A stretch of 64,000 nucleotides of DNA from Eremomyces bilateralis CBS 781.70 (taxonomy: Eukaryota): NCBI GenBank assembly GCA_010015585.1, contig ML975172.1, one strand, 5' to 3'. Numbering within the stretch: the first letter of the stretch is position 1; each line of letters opens with the position of its first letter. Below, piece by piece: positions 1 to 13,028 of the stretch. A model generated the notes under the pieces. It was not told the origin of the DNA. It worked only from the letters and a program-made list of their open reading frames with translations, and did not search any database. A program made the translations under genes and the position numbers.

Positions 1-1171
1 GATCAAGCAGTGGTAGTGCAGCGGCAGTTGCAGCTAATGTCGTCCCCTTTTCGCTTGGAACCGAGACGGATGGGAGTGTGATCAGTCCTGCTGAGCGGAA
101 TGCAGTAGTCGGGATCAAACCCACCGTTGGACTAACGTCTCGAGCCGGGTGAGTTGAAGGGGGCGTCTTCCAGTTTCGAATTCTAACATGTGATAGAGTC
201 ATCCCAGAATCAATTCATCAAGACACGGTGGGAACGTTTGGAAAGACCGTGAGGGATGCGACATATGCATTTGACGCCATATTCGGACCGGATTCAATGG
301 ACAATTACACCGCTGCTCAAGTTGGTAATACGCCAAAAAGAGGATACGCAAGCTTTCTAGCCGATAAATCAGCTCTGAAAGGAGCAAAGTTTGGACTTCC
401 TTGGAACAGCTTCTGGGTGTATGCCGACGAGGAGCAGCAATCCATCCTTCTTCAACTGATTGATATGATCAAGCAGCAGGCGCCACGGTGATAAATGGGA
501 CGGAGCTGCCAAACTACGAGACGATCGTGTCCCCCAACGGCTGGGACTGGGATTACGGCACGACACGCGGACGATCTAATGAGTCGGAGTACACGGTGGT
601 CAAAGTGGACTTCTACAACAACATCAAATCGTACCTTTCCGAGCTTAAAAACACAAACATTCGTTCGCTGGAGGATATCGTCGCGTACAATTACGCCAAC
701 GACGGCACCGAGGGCGGAAACCCATGGCCATTTGGCAACCCCGCCTTCTACTCCGGCCAAGATGGATTCCTCGCATCTCTCGAGACCAAAGGACGTATGG
801 ACGAGACATACTATCAAGCCCTCGAATTCTGCCAACGCAGCACACGCGAAGATGGAATCGACGCTGCCTTGGCCCAAGGCCCAGATGGCAGTCAACTTGA
901 CGCATTGCTCGTCCCACCGGACGTGGGTCAGACATACCAGATCGCAGCGCAGGCGGGATATCCCATGATCACGGTTCCTGCATCGGTACAGTCGTCAACT
1001 GGGATGCCGTTCGGGCTTGCACTCATGCAAACGGCATGGGGAGAGTCGAAGTTGATTCGGTATGCCAGTGCGATTGAAAATCTGCAACGAACGTCTGGAA
1101 CGCCGTATAAAAGAACGCTGCCAGGTTGGTATGGTTATCTCAGGAAGAATATTCCGGTGCTTAACTTGTAA
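1..1171 (+). CDS. Amidase-signature family protein (5' end outside window; intron 149-196; apparent 1-nt frameshift near 472)
   Basis: Translation gives [53 protein letters not shown]...DTVGTFG, the amidase signature. ORFs 228-491 and 488-1171 join if one base is restored at AAG-(G)CA. Confidence 0.9.
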
Positions 1172-3990
1172 GGAGTAGCTAGGTAATAGCATGTACACCC
1201 GGAGAGGCTTGATCCGCCTGTGAGTATCAAAAGATATTTAGTAGGGGATATAATAGTGAAGAGCAGGTGGGCTTTGGAATATTAGATCACCACCCTTTTC
1301 ACAAAAATCTCTCAGTCATCAATTCAACAATCGCCTCCTTTTTTGACTTCTGAGTAACAATACATTAAATTAGTTGTGCTCCAGATGCAGTCCTATCAGT
1401 GAGCTTCGTGAGACACTAGCGAATAGCACACGGGATAACTAGTTGAACGTTATTCCGATTACAACTTCTATAACCTGTCAACTTCACAACATTCCTTCAG
1501 TAAGACACACTTTTGCGTAGTGATTTAATCGTAGCCGAATCTTTGACAAACCGTAATGGACGTGTTAGGAAGAGGGATCAACAACTCCATGATTAGGTTG
1601 CTCTGTATCCCCATGATAGGTTCTTCGCCGCGCATCGGCCAGCAATCAAACATTTCCTTTCTTCGGCATCACAACAGTTGGTTCATTGAGTCTTTTTGCG
1701 GTCTCTCTTTTGGTCAAACCTCTCAATTCCTGCCTCAAGGCAGACCCCCGATTCGTCATCCGGTCAAATAATGTTACTGTGCCATGTTGCGTCAGAGAAG
1801 TCGGCGAGATCAACCCGAAACGAGCCCCTGCCAGTAGTCAAGCCTTCTCGGCTCTCGCTCCTCAGTAGCTCGATCTTCAGCGCCACTCCCCTAGTGTTGC
1901 ACCGCGTATCCACTTGCCAGAACTCTAATCCAAGAATCAGCGGGTCGCCTTGAGCCTCACTTTCATAACCCGGTCTCGGGCTACGAGATTTGGCCTGTTG
2001 GCATCATGTCCACAACTATTTGTCCGGGCTCATCATATCGCGGGGCGGTAGTACTAAACCGAAACCGAGTATTTTGTATTCGATAAGAGGCTAACCTAAC
2101 GACTTTAGATATCAGTACCCTGATGATGCAGGTGTCAGTACCACAATTTTGCGTCATCGTTCCAGAAGGCACGCGTGCATGGGGCTCCCGCCTCACAGGC
2201 ACCAAGGCGTTCTGCATCTCAGCGATGACGAGTCGTCATCCATGAGCTGGACGACAGCAATTCGGGTTTGCGTTGACCGCGGGGGAGCAGTTGCGGTGGT
2301 GCCCAAGCGTGTTCTGCTGTGAATGGAGCAGATGCGACAAGTGGTGCCCAAGTGCGTTCTGTTGCGAAATGCACTTGGCGTTGACGTCGGGCACAACTTA
2401 TGGAAGGCCTCGCTGTGGCTGTGCAGGGAAAAAGAAATTTTCTACATGAATGTCACATCCAGGCGACAACAGAGCGACTTGGACTGGATTGATTCAAAAA
2501 CATCGTACGATCGGAAGCGCGTTGAATCTCCATATCGGTGGCTGCAGAGGTTCCACGCACAGCCTCCTCAGTCCTCACCGGTTTGGTGGTTGAGTTTTGG
2601 CTCCTGGGATACATGACGAACCAGCGTGCAAATCAGGGGGGCTGCTAGAAGCATCCATGTCCAACATTTGCAACGCTCTGGTGTGTCCCCTTGGTCGTTG
2701 GATATTTCAATCCTGCTCCTCCTGTTGGCTGAGCCTCCTGCATTCACGGCAAGATATCCCCTGGAGCTGAACTTCAGGCTTCAGTAGTTTGGTGAAACAA
2801 CCTGGAAATTTTTTCACAATATCCAGCCAAATCGTTATTCATAGGTCCCACCTGTCCGCTTGCAGCTTTTTGTCTCACGAAAATTTGCGTGTTACTACTA
2901 AGGGAGATCCCGTATACCATGGAATTCCTGGTATCTTCTATCACGGCTGAAAATGGTGTGGATGATGCTCCACAATCCCCGCTTCTGTTGGGGGTGTGTC
3001 TTATTGCGGGACGGGACGAAAAGTATCCAACCTTAGCCACATGGTCGAACTATGCGGAGATGTGTACATTACGGCATATGCACTCCAAGAATACCCCCTA
3101 GACAACCTTATGAGTAGCCTTATTGGTAAGGTCCTCGGAGCTATTGGCACTAATACATTCCAGAATCCAGTTGTCTCCGGAAGTACGTGTCTGCGAATCC
3201 AATTTTGGATAGCAGGGAGTTTTGCGTGTTGGATACTCCAACTACTGCTCCATTGTCCAAATCGCCTTGTATCCGCAAGTTCCGCGCTGGGCTACTTGTG
3301 AGGCGCCGCGAACCCGCGAACCTGCTGGGCTAGCACTGACCTCATTTCGACTGGCCTTCCGGCTTCTATCTTCTCCCAAAAGTAGCCACCATGTTCGCTG
3401 ATCTGCATTCGAGCAATACTTTGTGATCAAGGGCTCTAGGAATCGCATCGCGAACCATTGGTCCTCGTGCAAATACTCCCCAACGGAGAATATCCCGTAT
3501 TATGTACGCAATAAAAGGCAGCCGAGCGGAGGAGTGGCGGAGTAGATCCATTGGGCGTTAGTCTGTTATCAATCTGTTGCCTTCTTTGGAAAGATAGATA
3601 TAAGGTAAGACGACCCACAACATGGAATTCCCGCTGGAGGCAGTCCTACGTATCAACTGTCTCCAGACTCCAAGGCCCGCCTCTTTGGCATACATTACAG
3701 TCTACAGGACGCACTGGCCTCTTCACTCTGTCCCACCAAGTGTGTACGTAGGAGGCGCTTGGTCTAGAACCCATCTCCTCCATGTGGTGGTCACCATTTC
3801 AAATTCCCTTTAGCATATCCGCGAAGCTCAGCCTGAAGCCTTCCACTATCCCTTTCTAAGTTGCGGAGGTATCGCTGTTCGGGCATGCAATAATCACTGA
3901 CTTTGATGGGTTTTAAATCCTTCATTAAACGTTAGAGCCTTGCGTTTACTTTTATTATCCCTCTTCTTCTTACCACGCTGAATTAACAAT

Positions 3991-6068
3991 ATGGCGAACA
4001 TCAGCCCCGCCGTCAATGGTACCACGAGCAATTCCAACCTTCCGAATAGTGTCCTTGAACCATCAGTCGATGAAGAAAGGCCCGAGAATGCCACGTCTAT
4101 GGGGAATCAATCCAACCAGCCGGAGGAAGAATTCGTGCCCCTACCACTGAGACCATCAAGAACTTTGTCTTTCCGAAGCCAGATCCCATGGCACGTTTTC
4201 CCGGATGGACTCACCATCACCGTTCCGCTGCATGGTTCGTCAATTAACTTTCGCACTGATCACACTGGGCTGACCCTGATGTAGGAAGTTGTCCTGCGTG
4301 TCACCACCTTCACGATCAATCCGCAGTGGCTTTAACCCTCAATAGGATGGGCTCCACCAGGACCACTGTCACCTGCACGAACTGCGGTCACAAGTGGTTT
4401 GGCATTGGCGGCAACTCCAGGACCATGTCCTTTGTCTCGGAAGAGACGATCCTTGACCCACAGGACTTGCGACGACTGCAGAGGGACAGGTATTGCCATG
4501 ACACACCTCAAAGCCCACCCGCCACGGCACCTCGTGGCATGGCGCTTGACACTCACGAATCCCGTACAAGTCCAGTTTCCCAGAGACTAGGACTTGGTGG
4601 ATCTGGAATACGGTCCCGGGCAAGCTCGATACTTGGACGCATCTCGAGCCACAGATCGAAGGACGGTACTCGGAATCCAAGTCCAGTCGAAGCCTCACCC
4701 CAAGCCCTGCATGAAAAACCCCTTGACGACTCATCCAGGGGTATTTCTGCCGAAACTCCCGTGGCTCTAGCCCCCGAGACTGGTCTTCGGGTGTACGGAA
4801 GTCATGAACCTAGCCAACAAAGGGCAAAGAGGCAACATAAACATATGAAAGTCATCCATAGACTCAAGAAGATGGTGAAGAAGCTCAAGTGGCCGAGGCG
4901 GTCGAAAGGCCGTTCTGAACCTCTGCCTCTGGAAGTCGATGAACCGCTTCCGCATTCCACCTCTTCTTCTGCTGCAAACCCTCCAGCCGAACAGCCTTTA
5001 ACATCGCCAGATGCCCGAACACCATCGCAAGAAGTTGAACACGAAGCTCACCTCCGTCCGTCCTCTGCTGGGTCGGCGAATGGATGTCCCGGAAGCTCGT
5101 CGCATACAATTATCCAGCCTGACGGGCAGACAGAGCAAGAACATGTGGACAGAATCTCCGGACATGGGAGACAACAGACTGAAAGTGACGTGGGAGAGAG
5201 CAGTGATGGCCCTCAACCAGCTGGACGTCTCCCGCTGGACCGCGCTGAGGATGTCCAACAACCAAACGGTTATATTCCATACAATGCAGATGGCCAGCAA
5301 GGATCGCATAGAACCCAGGAGGGGCATATTAACCATCTAGGACAGACTCACAATGGTCAGGAAGAATCTAGTCGCCAAGAGGTGGGATCCGAGGATGAGC
5401 GTCGCGACCCGGCTTGGGAGCAGCATGTGAAGGAGGTTCGTCGCCGGATTACTTTCCAACGCCGTTGGAGGTGCCTGTGCACAACAAATTGCAACTGCCG
5501 CGACCAGCATAAAGGAAGTGTAGCGCCACCAAGCAATCGGAAGACCAACTTCGCAATCCCTGATAATCCGCTCGTGGATGGAGCTTCTGACTACATGAGC
5601 GACGCAGGCACATCCGCTGTTGGCTCAGTCTGCTGGAACTCGTTTGACCTCAACCAACTACGAGAAATGGGCGCTCAATTCGATTTGGATATCACAGAAC
5701 GGACGGATTCCGGAGTCTTTCGTCGCGACATGGTCTTCATGTATCGCTCACCGAGTTTGACTACCCGTGGGAGCACTGAATCCACCTTGGTTGCCAGCAA
5801 CGGAGGCAGCCTGACCGGCATTATTCCTCTAGCACTTCGCTCCCCACCCACCGTCGTTGCCCGCATGTCTCCCGAGGCGATCCCGAGGATACATTTGCCT
5901 ACTCGGATTCCTCGTGTGCATGCCCCCTCGTCGCGATTGAGGGATGATTTGCAGCAGTCGAGGTGGTCAATGCCCCAGCTATCGTCTATGGGTGCACTTG
6001 TCGCGAGGAGGTCCTCCGCACCAATGCTACTAGAACAAGTTAGTACTCAAGGTCGCAGCTGGGCTTGA
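3991..6068 (+). CDS. Hypothetical fungal protein with N-terminal Cys/His zinc-ribbon-like motif and long disordered region
   Basis: Intron 4235-4284 (GTTCGT...CTGAC...TAG) joins ORF 3991 to the 4326 frame, giving HGSCPACHHLH...VTCTNCGHKWFG. A later CLCTTNCNC cluster is also present. Confidence 0.7.
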
Positions 6069-6805
6069 GGTCGCGGGAGCGGGGATGATGATAGAGGACG
6101 GCATGTCGCGGCGGGGCGCGAGGGTTCGAGTCGCGGTGGGAGTCGCTTCCACTTTCATTCGCAGCCTGAGTAGGCTATTATTATTGTGCAACTGCATGGT
6201 GGCGCCCAAAATGTTTTCATCTACGTCCATTAACGGTATCGCCATTCGCCATGAGGGTATTTTCAGGCGCTCTATCATGGACTTAAGACGTTATTCCGTG
6301 GATGATGGTCAGGTTTCTCTGTTTCTTTATCGTGATCCCTTTTTGCTGCTACGCTATGTACATCAGTTCATATTCTTGGTCATGGACTTCGTGGTTCATA
6401 GAGCTCTTGCACTTTACCTCTACTCCATCGTGTTAACAACAATCGCTGTAAGAATTATGTCACCAACCCCGTGTAGAACGCCTTTGATGCAAGTTGTATA
6501 CTCCGTACTTGTAGTGTAAATATCTGTAACTATCTCGTTGTGTTTTAAAGAGACATCTGGATCTCTGTCGATCTTGATCGATATGAAGATCGATAAAATT
6601 AAAGCGGGCACCGAGGGGCGGGATCAGGTGTCACAGCCCAGAGGACCCACACTACAAGTTGCTACTATCAAAGCCCAGTTAGACGTCATCACATATCCAT
6701 ACCAATAAGTATTCTTAATACTTACGCAAAGTCGCAAATTATTATCTGACAGCATCCCACTCCATATGACAACCAATCTATGGCATAGAGAAAATACAAC
6801 CCAAC

Positions 6806-8029
6806 ATGAGTGGCATCAAAGACATGGTCAAAGGAGGCTGGCACCCTGGAACGAAAGAGGGGAGCCAGAAACAGAGCTGGAGAGGTGATTTCAAGGGGGT
6901 CAATCAAGTCGTAAGTCTGTTCGGAGAACGGCATTTGTTTGTATCGTCTGACTGAGTCCAGGCTGGACTCCTTGGGAAAGGTCAAGACAATAGCTCGAAT
7001 GTGAATGCGCAGGCCAGGGCAGAACGTCAATCCGCCCCAGTATCGTCCCTTCAGGACCCAGACACATGGGGCCCGCCTCCAAGACGAAAGGATACGGGAG
7101 ATATCGCAAGCAGTAGTGGATCCACGCCTGTCGCGCGTCCACAACAAGCGGTACCCCAGCCTTCTTCACCAGAGCAGGAAGCGGTTGAAGAAGAATCTCA
7201 CCAGCCATACAGAGCAGATACGACGGGACTAGGAACTGCGAACCTACCGAAGCCCCCGGTCCGGAGAGTAGGAGCCACACCCCCTTCTCGGCCAGCAAGG
7301 ACAGACGCTACAAGGCCGAAACCGAACCTACCTCCTCGACTCCCTCCGCGACAGAATACGAGCTCAGCATCCACGACGCCCTTGTCTCCTCCTCCAGCAT
7401 ATGAATCTCTGCAGAGACAACGAGAAGACGGACTAAACCAGTCGTCACTCAACAGCCTTGGAAGAGCAGGAATCAACATTCCGGAACTAGGGATATCCTC
7501 GAGTAGCAAACCCACGCCTACTTTACCAAGCCCCCTATCCACCGGCTCACCTGCGCAATCTCCTAGGAGTCACACTCTTTCCGGGCTAGGCTCCCGATTT
7601 TCCTCCCTTAAAACCCACGATACCTCCGATCCATCAGATTCGCCCGCGACCCCCAAACCGACTTTAACCTCCACCTCATCCGCCTTCAAAACCGCCACCG
7701 CTCTCCGCAATAACCCATCCTCCGTATCCGCCTCCGACGCGCGCGACGCAGCTACCACGGTCCATGGCATTCAGCAACGTCATGGCAGCCAGATCGCATC
7801 GGGATGGCGGAAAGCCGGGGAGGTGAACGAGCGGTATGGAGTCATGGATAGGGTTGGAAGAGTCGGTGCTCCGGAGACCACGCAGTCTGGTGGTTCTCTA
7901 GCATTGGCAGCAGGCAAGAAGGCGCCGCCGCCGCCGCCGAAGAAGAAGATGGGTATAGGAGAAGTGGATAGTGGTGGTGGGGGGGGACCACCGCCGGTTC
8001 CGACGGGGAGCAAACCGAGGTTCTCTTAG
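6806..8029 (+). CDS. Proline-rich Aim3-like (actin-patch/SH3-ligand type) protein
   Basis: Exon 1 MSGIKDMVKGGWHPGTK...WRGDFKGVNQV, intron 6911-6961, exon 2 in frame with ORF 7001-8029. Motifs LQDPDTWGPPP, KPNLPPRLPPR, KKAPPPPPKKK, PPPVPTGSKP. Confidence 0.7.
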
Positions 8030-8216
8030 CTCTTGGTACTCCCTTTGGATATCAGGTACTAAGGCACTCCGAATAGGACGGTTATTGAAATCTGCTTATG
8101 TTGCAAGCGATACCTAATAGTAGTTTATGGACTATCTGGGGATGGTTCCCCTCCATTGACACACTCATCCTCATGAGATCTGAAGTCGAAATCCCAGGGT
8201 TCAGTGATTTCACTAT

Positions 8217-9126
8217 TCATCGTCCTGCCCCAAGCTTGATCAAACCTTCAACAGCAGCTATGATCACCGCTCCACCGACTGCAACCCCTTGCACAATGCC
8301 ATTTACGACCATGAGTCCGGTGCCGCCTGCACCTGCGGATTGCAGGATCGCGAAGGCACTCCCAGCAGCGACATCCCCAATCCCAGCCTGCACTCCAGCC
8401 GCAATCGTCCCTATGAAGGGTTAGCTCACTCTCAGTCTAGCCTCTAGGGTTCTGATGAAATGTTCAGTATACCAGCCCCAACTGAACCCAGAATGCCTCC
8501 TGCCACAAGGAAAGGCAGTGTCACGATGCTTGGAAAAACAACAAGCACTATGCTAGCGCCGATAGATCCGATCGTAGCTGGCCGCTCTTGTGCAAAATGG
8601 GCAACCTGGCTCTGTCAGTGTTACCGAAACTTATAGCAGCCTAAGTCGGGATTATCTTACATGACCGGCTATTTGAGGGGCCTTATCGCTAACGAACTTG
8701 CCGACCGTGTCTGCTATCTTCCCCAAGGTGTCTGCTGCGCCCCCTACAGCTGCTCCAACGGCCGGTCAGGAGTTCGTGGCGAATTCTTCGATTTTTGGCG
8801 CAACGTTCTGAGCGAAATGAGTGCTAGCTGCGTCCGCCACCTTCCCCTAGGTATCTGTAGCGTGGCCTATCACTCCTCCAACTGCTGGCCCGGCGTTCTC
8901 TGCGACTTGGCCGATCTGATATCATCGAAAAGTCAGTCACGATTCTTGAGGCCCGCAAACAGATTCCACTCACTCCGTTTCCGATGCCCTCCATCGCCTC
9001 TCCGAGACCCTTTCCGGTGCCCTCAAGTAACTCACCGGCACCCTTTGTTGCTCCCTCGATTAATTTCCCGAAGCTCTTCCCCATCCCTTCAAGGATTGGC
9101 CCAAGTGCGTGTCTAGGACCTGCCAT
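8217..9126 (-). pseudogene. IFI6/IFI27 (Ifi-6-16)-like membrane protein, apparently pseudogenised
   Basis: Last exon reads IAAGVQAGIGDVAAGSAFAILQSAGAGG, typical of the family. Exon 2 (after intron 8973-8916) has in-frame TAG at 8849-8847, TGA at 8768-8766 and a frameshift near 8745. Confidence 0.7.
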
Positions 9127-9640
9127 ATTTGCTTTCGTGAGGATACGTCTTCTACTGACTTCTTGCAAGGCTATTTAATGTAGTTCGAATGGGGATTCTA
9201 AGTAGTGAAGATGTTATGTATGGTGAGGGCAAGTGTTCATGCGCTACCACATAACACATGGAGCGTGCCGAGAGTGAGAGCTAAAAACTCAGATGCAGTT
9301 ACAAATTTTGCTGGAACTTAACCCGCGATCGAATATTCTTTCGCTTTTTATCCCTTCCCTTGGTTTAATCAGTTCGTCTTATCATAAATACCCCAGGGCA
9401 ATATATGTAGCCCACTGCAGTGTTGATATCGTTTCACCTCTAAAAAGTCTTGGCGTGACATCTCATGAAGACCTTACTCCTACCTCATCTCGCATACAAT
9501 GAACATTTATCCTGCTGAAAGTAAAAGCAAACACCAGAATGACTATTCAACACTGCAATTCTCAAATATTCCAATTCATCCATCATTCCAGGTGTGTTTG
9601 GTGGCTTCCCGTCGCCGATTGGAGATGCAAATCAGTGGTG

Positions 9641-10507
9641 TCAGTCGAACGACGTCAAGATGGGTCCTAATGGAACAGCCTGCCATGATAGAGCGGTCAG
9701 TATCACTTGTTTGACGACAGCTTTGATGCTGTTCTGTCTCCAAATGCACTTACGAATATTGTATATTCGAACTGTCTCAATGGCAAACATTTTGCGAACC
9801 AGTCTCAAAGGTGTCCCAGAGAAATCCTTCCCCATATTCCTGGTCCAGCTTCTCGCGAAGCCTTTTTTTAAATACAATGCTCGATTCTTCATAAAACTTG
9901 GCAGATTCTCGCGTGTCATCACAGTCAGGACCATATAATTGTCGCCCAACGACCAAGCGTAGTGCAGCATTCTGATTGAATATTTCATCTCCCCATGAAG
10001 ATCGTTAGCCAACTCTTGGACAACGCCAGTGGTAAATGCATCCCAAATAAGACTATAGGTAGCGGAATATTCCTCAACTTAGGCGAGTATGAGGTCACGT
10101 TTGCTTTTGTAGGATTCCTTGTGCCTATTCCACGCTTCCGCTAACTCCGCGGAATATCGGTTCATTTCGTTATCGATAGCCATCAATCTATCCTCGACAT
10201 CTCTTAACTGCTTTTCTAGCACCTCCATCTTTGCATTGAGTCTCTTTCTTTTATGTTTGACCCACCCGTTAATCAACCAATTGGGTATATTAGAGAGACC
10301 TCCTTCGGGCACTGGTTTTAGGCCGGCATTCGTCGTGATCTGATTTGGCTCATTGTGGGGACCTCGCTTGACTGGCCGCTCTTGACTCAAGGTTTCTGTG
10401 GTGCTCTCAGCCAGGTGGTGATCAGACCTCGAAGCAGGAATCTGATTTCCGGCATTAACGACTCTAGTGATGGCGACGAAGGTGACGAGCGCAGAGAGAA
10501 GCTTCAT
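9641..10507 (-). pseudogene. Secreted helical protein (effector-like) interrupted by one in-frame TAA
   Basis: Signal peptide MKLLSALVTFVAITRVVNA and a KR site. ORFs 10079-10540 and 9641-10012 are in the same frame, separated only by TAA at 10081-10079. Confidence 0.55.
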
Positions 10508-11141
10508 TGTGGATATCAGGAAGATAGTGTCCGTAAACAAATTGCAGTGCTGTTTTCCAGGAGGATAGCAAAACGACTGGTATTTATGAGATTTTTGTGG
10601 TGTTCAGATGGAAGAGGTAGAATGAAAAGATAAAATTTGCCTAGAGCAAGTACCGTCTGAGACATAAGAAACTGTAACTTACCATATGTTTCAACTCGTA
10701 CAAACAGGTGGTTCGTTGCTCAATTTCTTTCACTTTTTCTCTCGTTTGTTCATTTCAATTTGATCGTAGGCACCAGTCGTCCAGCCTGATCAGATGGGAA
10801 TATCCCGAATTCTAGGCAGTGTCACAGTATCCTGCCCATGAGCGATGGAAACTTATTTCTCAATGCCATTGAGCAGCATGTATTAAGACCCTTGACTTTC
10901 GATGTGATCAATTCACTACCGCCGTCATTCCTAGCCAGTGCCTATGGAAACTCCAAGTAGTCGGTTGCCTCCTAGGCAAGTTCGAGCTGCTTCCACTCTC
11001 TAACCATGCTTAGGTATATAAGTATACAAAACGCTGCTATATCCATGTTCGTTTGAATCATCCAGTCCACTCAGCCATATGTAATAGTGCTTCCCTAGTC
11101 GTGTCAAAAGAACCAAAAACCATGATCCTGCAAACCAATAT

Positions 11142-13028
11142 TCAGAACGCCCGTCCTACAGCCGGATGTCTTTCTTGATCGAAGCTCGGGCGCGGCCGTG
11201 TGTTCTCAACCGTAACCTCGACGTCAACAACTTTGCTGATCCCGCCCGCAAGCATCTTCTCGCTGTTTTTGCGGATGAGCTGCGCTGGTTCGGGATCAGT
11301 CGGGTATCGATATCCACGATCGTAATCGTTCCGGTCCGTCCGTTGATCATAGCCGTACCCGTATGTTTCCTGCCTATATGCATCGTCGTATCCATGCCTG
11401 TCCTCGCCGTCGCTGTCTCCTTCCATCCATCGCGTGGTGAGGCCTTTCGGCTGTGTACCGCTGCCGTCGACTCTTGGCCATATCGTTTCCCTACTTTCTG
11501 TTCGTGGCACATGGCCGAGCTCGACGCTACTGGCGCCCGATCGCGCCTCTCGTTCATGCAGGTTCTCCTTGCTGTTCTTCCCCGACCACAGGGCGGTGAT
11601 GCTCCTCCCTCTTGAATGGTTCTGACTTCCTTTCGATGACTGATGTTCTCGGTCGTCGACTTTGCTCAACTTCCCGGTGCAAGTAGTCGTTGTTTGGGCT
11701 GAATGGTCTGTTCGAAACCCATCCCATTTCAGGTAGCTTTTTCGCAGACTCGTCCGGTGCGGACCTTTCTGGAAGGTCTTCGGAGGTTTCGGTAGGATCG
11801 GTTGGTCACTCCCACGATTCGTACCCCGCTCCAGATCGGTATTTTTGCTTGCTGCACTGCTCTCGCGGCTATGTGACTCCTCCTTGACGGACACGATCAT
11901 ATCCCCGTGCCGATGGTCTTTGATGTCCTGGTGTATTCCGTTCCCAGCGCCACCCTGCCATCCGCCATGTTGCGATCGAGTGCGGGAGTTAGTTCCGTAT
12001 ATTTGAGCAGAGGATGGGCCGGTCCTATCGCCGAAGCTGCCAAATGTCCCTCCTCCTGATCGGGTGGATTTATTCACGTGGTACGCAATGCGTTTGAAAA
12101 GTGGCCGCAAAGTTGCGAGCGAGCCAGCAGTAATGCCGGTGCCGAGTTCAATGGTGGACCAGATGGCGAGGTTCGACGCATTCCAGAAGAAATCGTCGAC
12201 AAGGGCAATGTTTTCGATATAAGGGAAACGAGCGACAGCGGCGACGGAACCGGTCGTCCCCAGGAGGAGGATAAATCCAACTGATACCTTGGTTCTCCTA
12301 TCCATCTTCGCATTCCACAGAAGGAATACCGGCAGGATTGCCAACACCCAGTCGGTCATCAGTGTTACCCCAGCCTGCTCGTAAGCCATGGCAATCTGGA
12401 CTGTGCTGTTGACACATTTCTTCGTGACGACTCGGTCGAGATAGGAACGTGGGTTACCACACATAAATATGACAAAGAAGATGGACACGATATTGACTAT
12501 AGTGCCGAGACCGATGACGATAAAGACGAGATATCGTTGCCACTTGACGATGATGAGCCGTAGGAAGAGGATCGCGAGAGATATCTTCATAAAGATGTGC
12601 GTGAGGACGTAGAATACCTCGTTTATAATCGACCACTACTCGTGTAAGTCTTGACGTTAAACAAGGCATATCAAATGGATATCTTACCGTCAACGCCCGG
12701 CGTAATTGCGCCCCATCTCGAAGATGAGTGCCACCCCCATTCGCCGCAACGATGAACAGCGATATGCAGTTCATCGAGAATGCGACCTGATTTAAGTCAG
12801 CGCTCTCTAATACCGTATACAACCTCCGTTGATGCCATGCAAACTTACCAGCGCGATGCACATGTGAGCATCATCCCAGCCAAGTGAATGAATCATTCGG
12901 CCTCGAACCCATAATCTCAGTGACACTGTGAGGTATGTGACAAACAGCATTACTGCAGCCACGGCAATTAATGCATGACTCCTCGACTGAGTTTCTTCCT
13001 CCGAATGGTTCATCGTCGTAACGACCAT
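11142..13028 (-). CDS. Pth11-like integral membrane protein (fungal rhodopsin/GPCR domain, no CFEM)
   Basis: TM1 ...TVSLRLWVRGRMIHSLGWDD, then KISLAILFLRL, DWVLAILPVFLLWNAKM, WSTIELGTGITAGSLATLRPLF. Two 5' introns and a long disordered C-tail. Confidence 0.9.

Noticed and set aside
2296..2372. Two imperfect copies of a 45-bp unit (GTGGTGCCCAAG...)
   Set aside because: Only two copies and no supportable gene model.
4191..4288. Possible non-canonical GC-AG intron
   Set aside because: A canonical GTTCGT...TAG intron (4235-4284) gives the correct phase.
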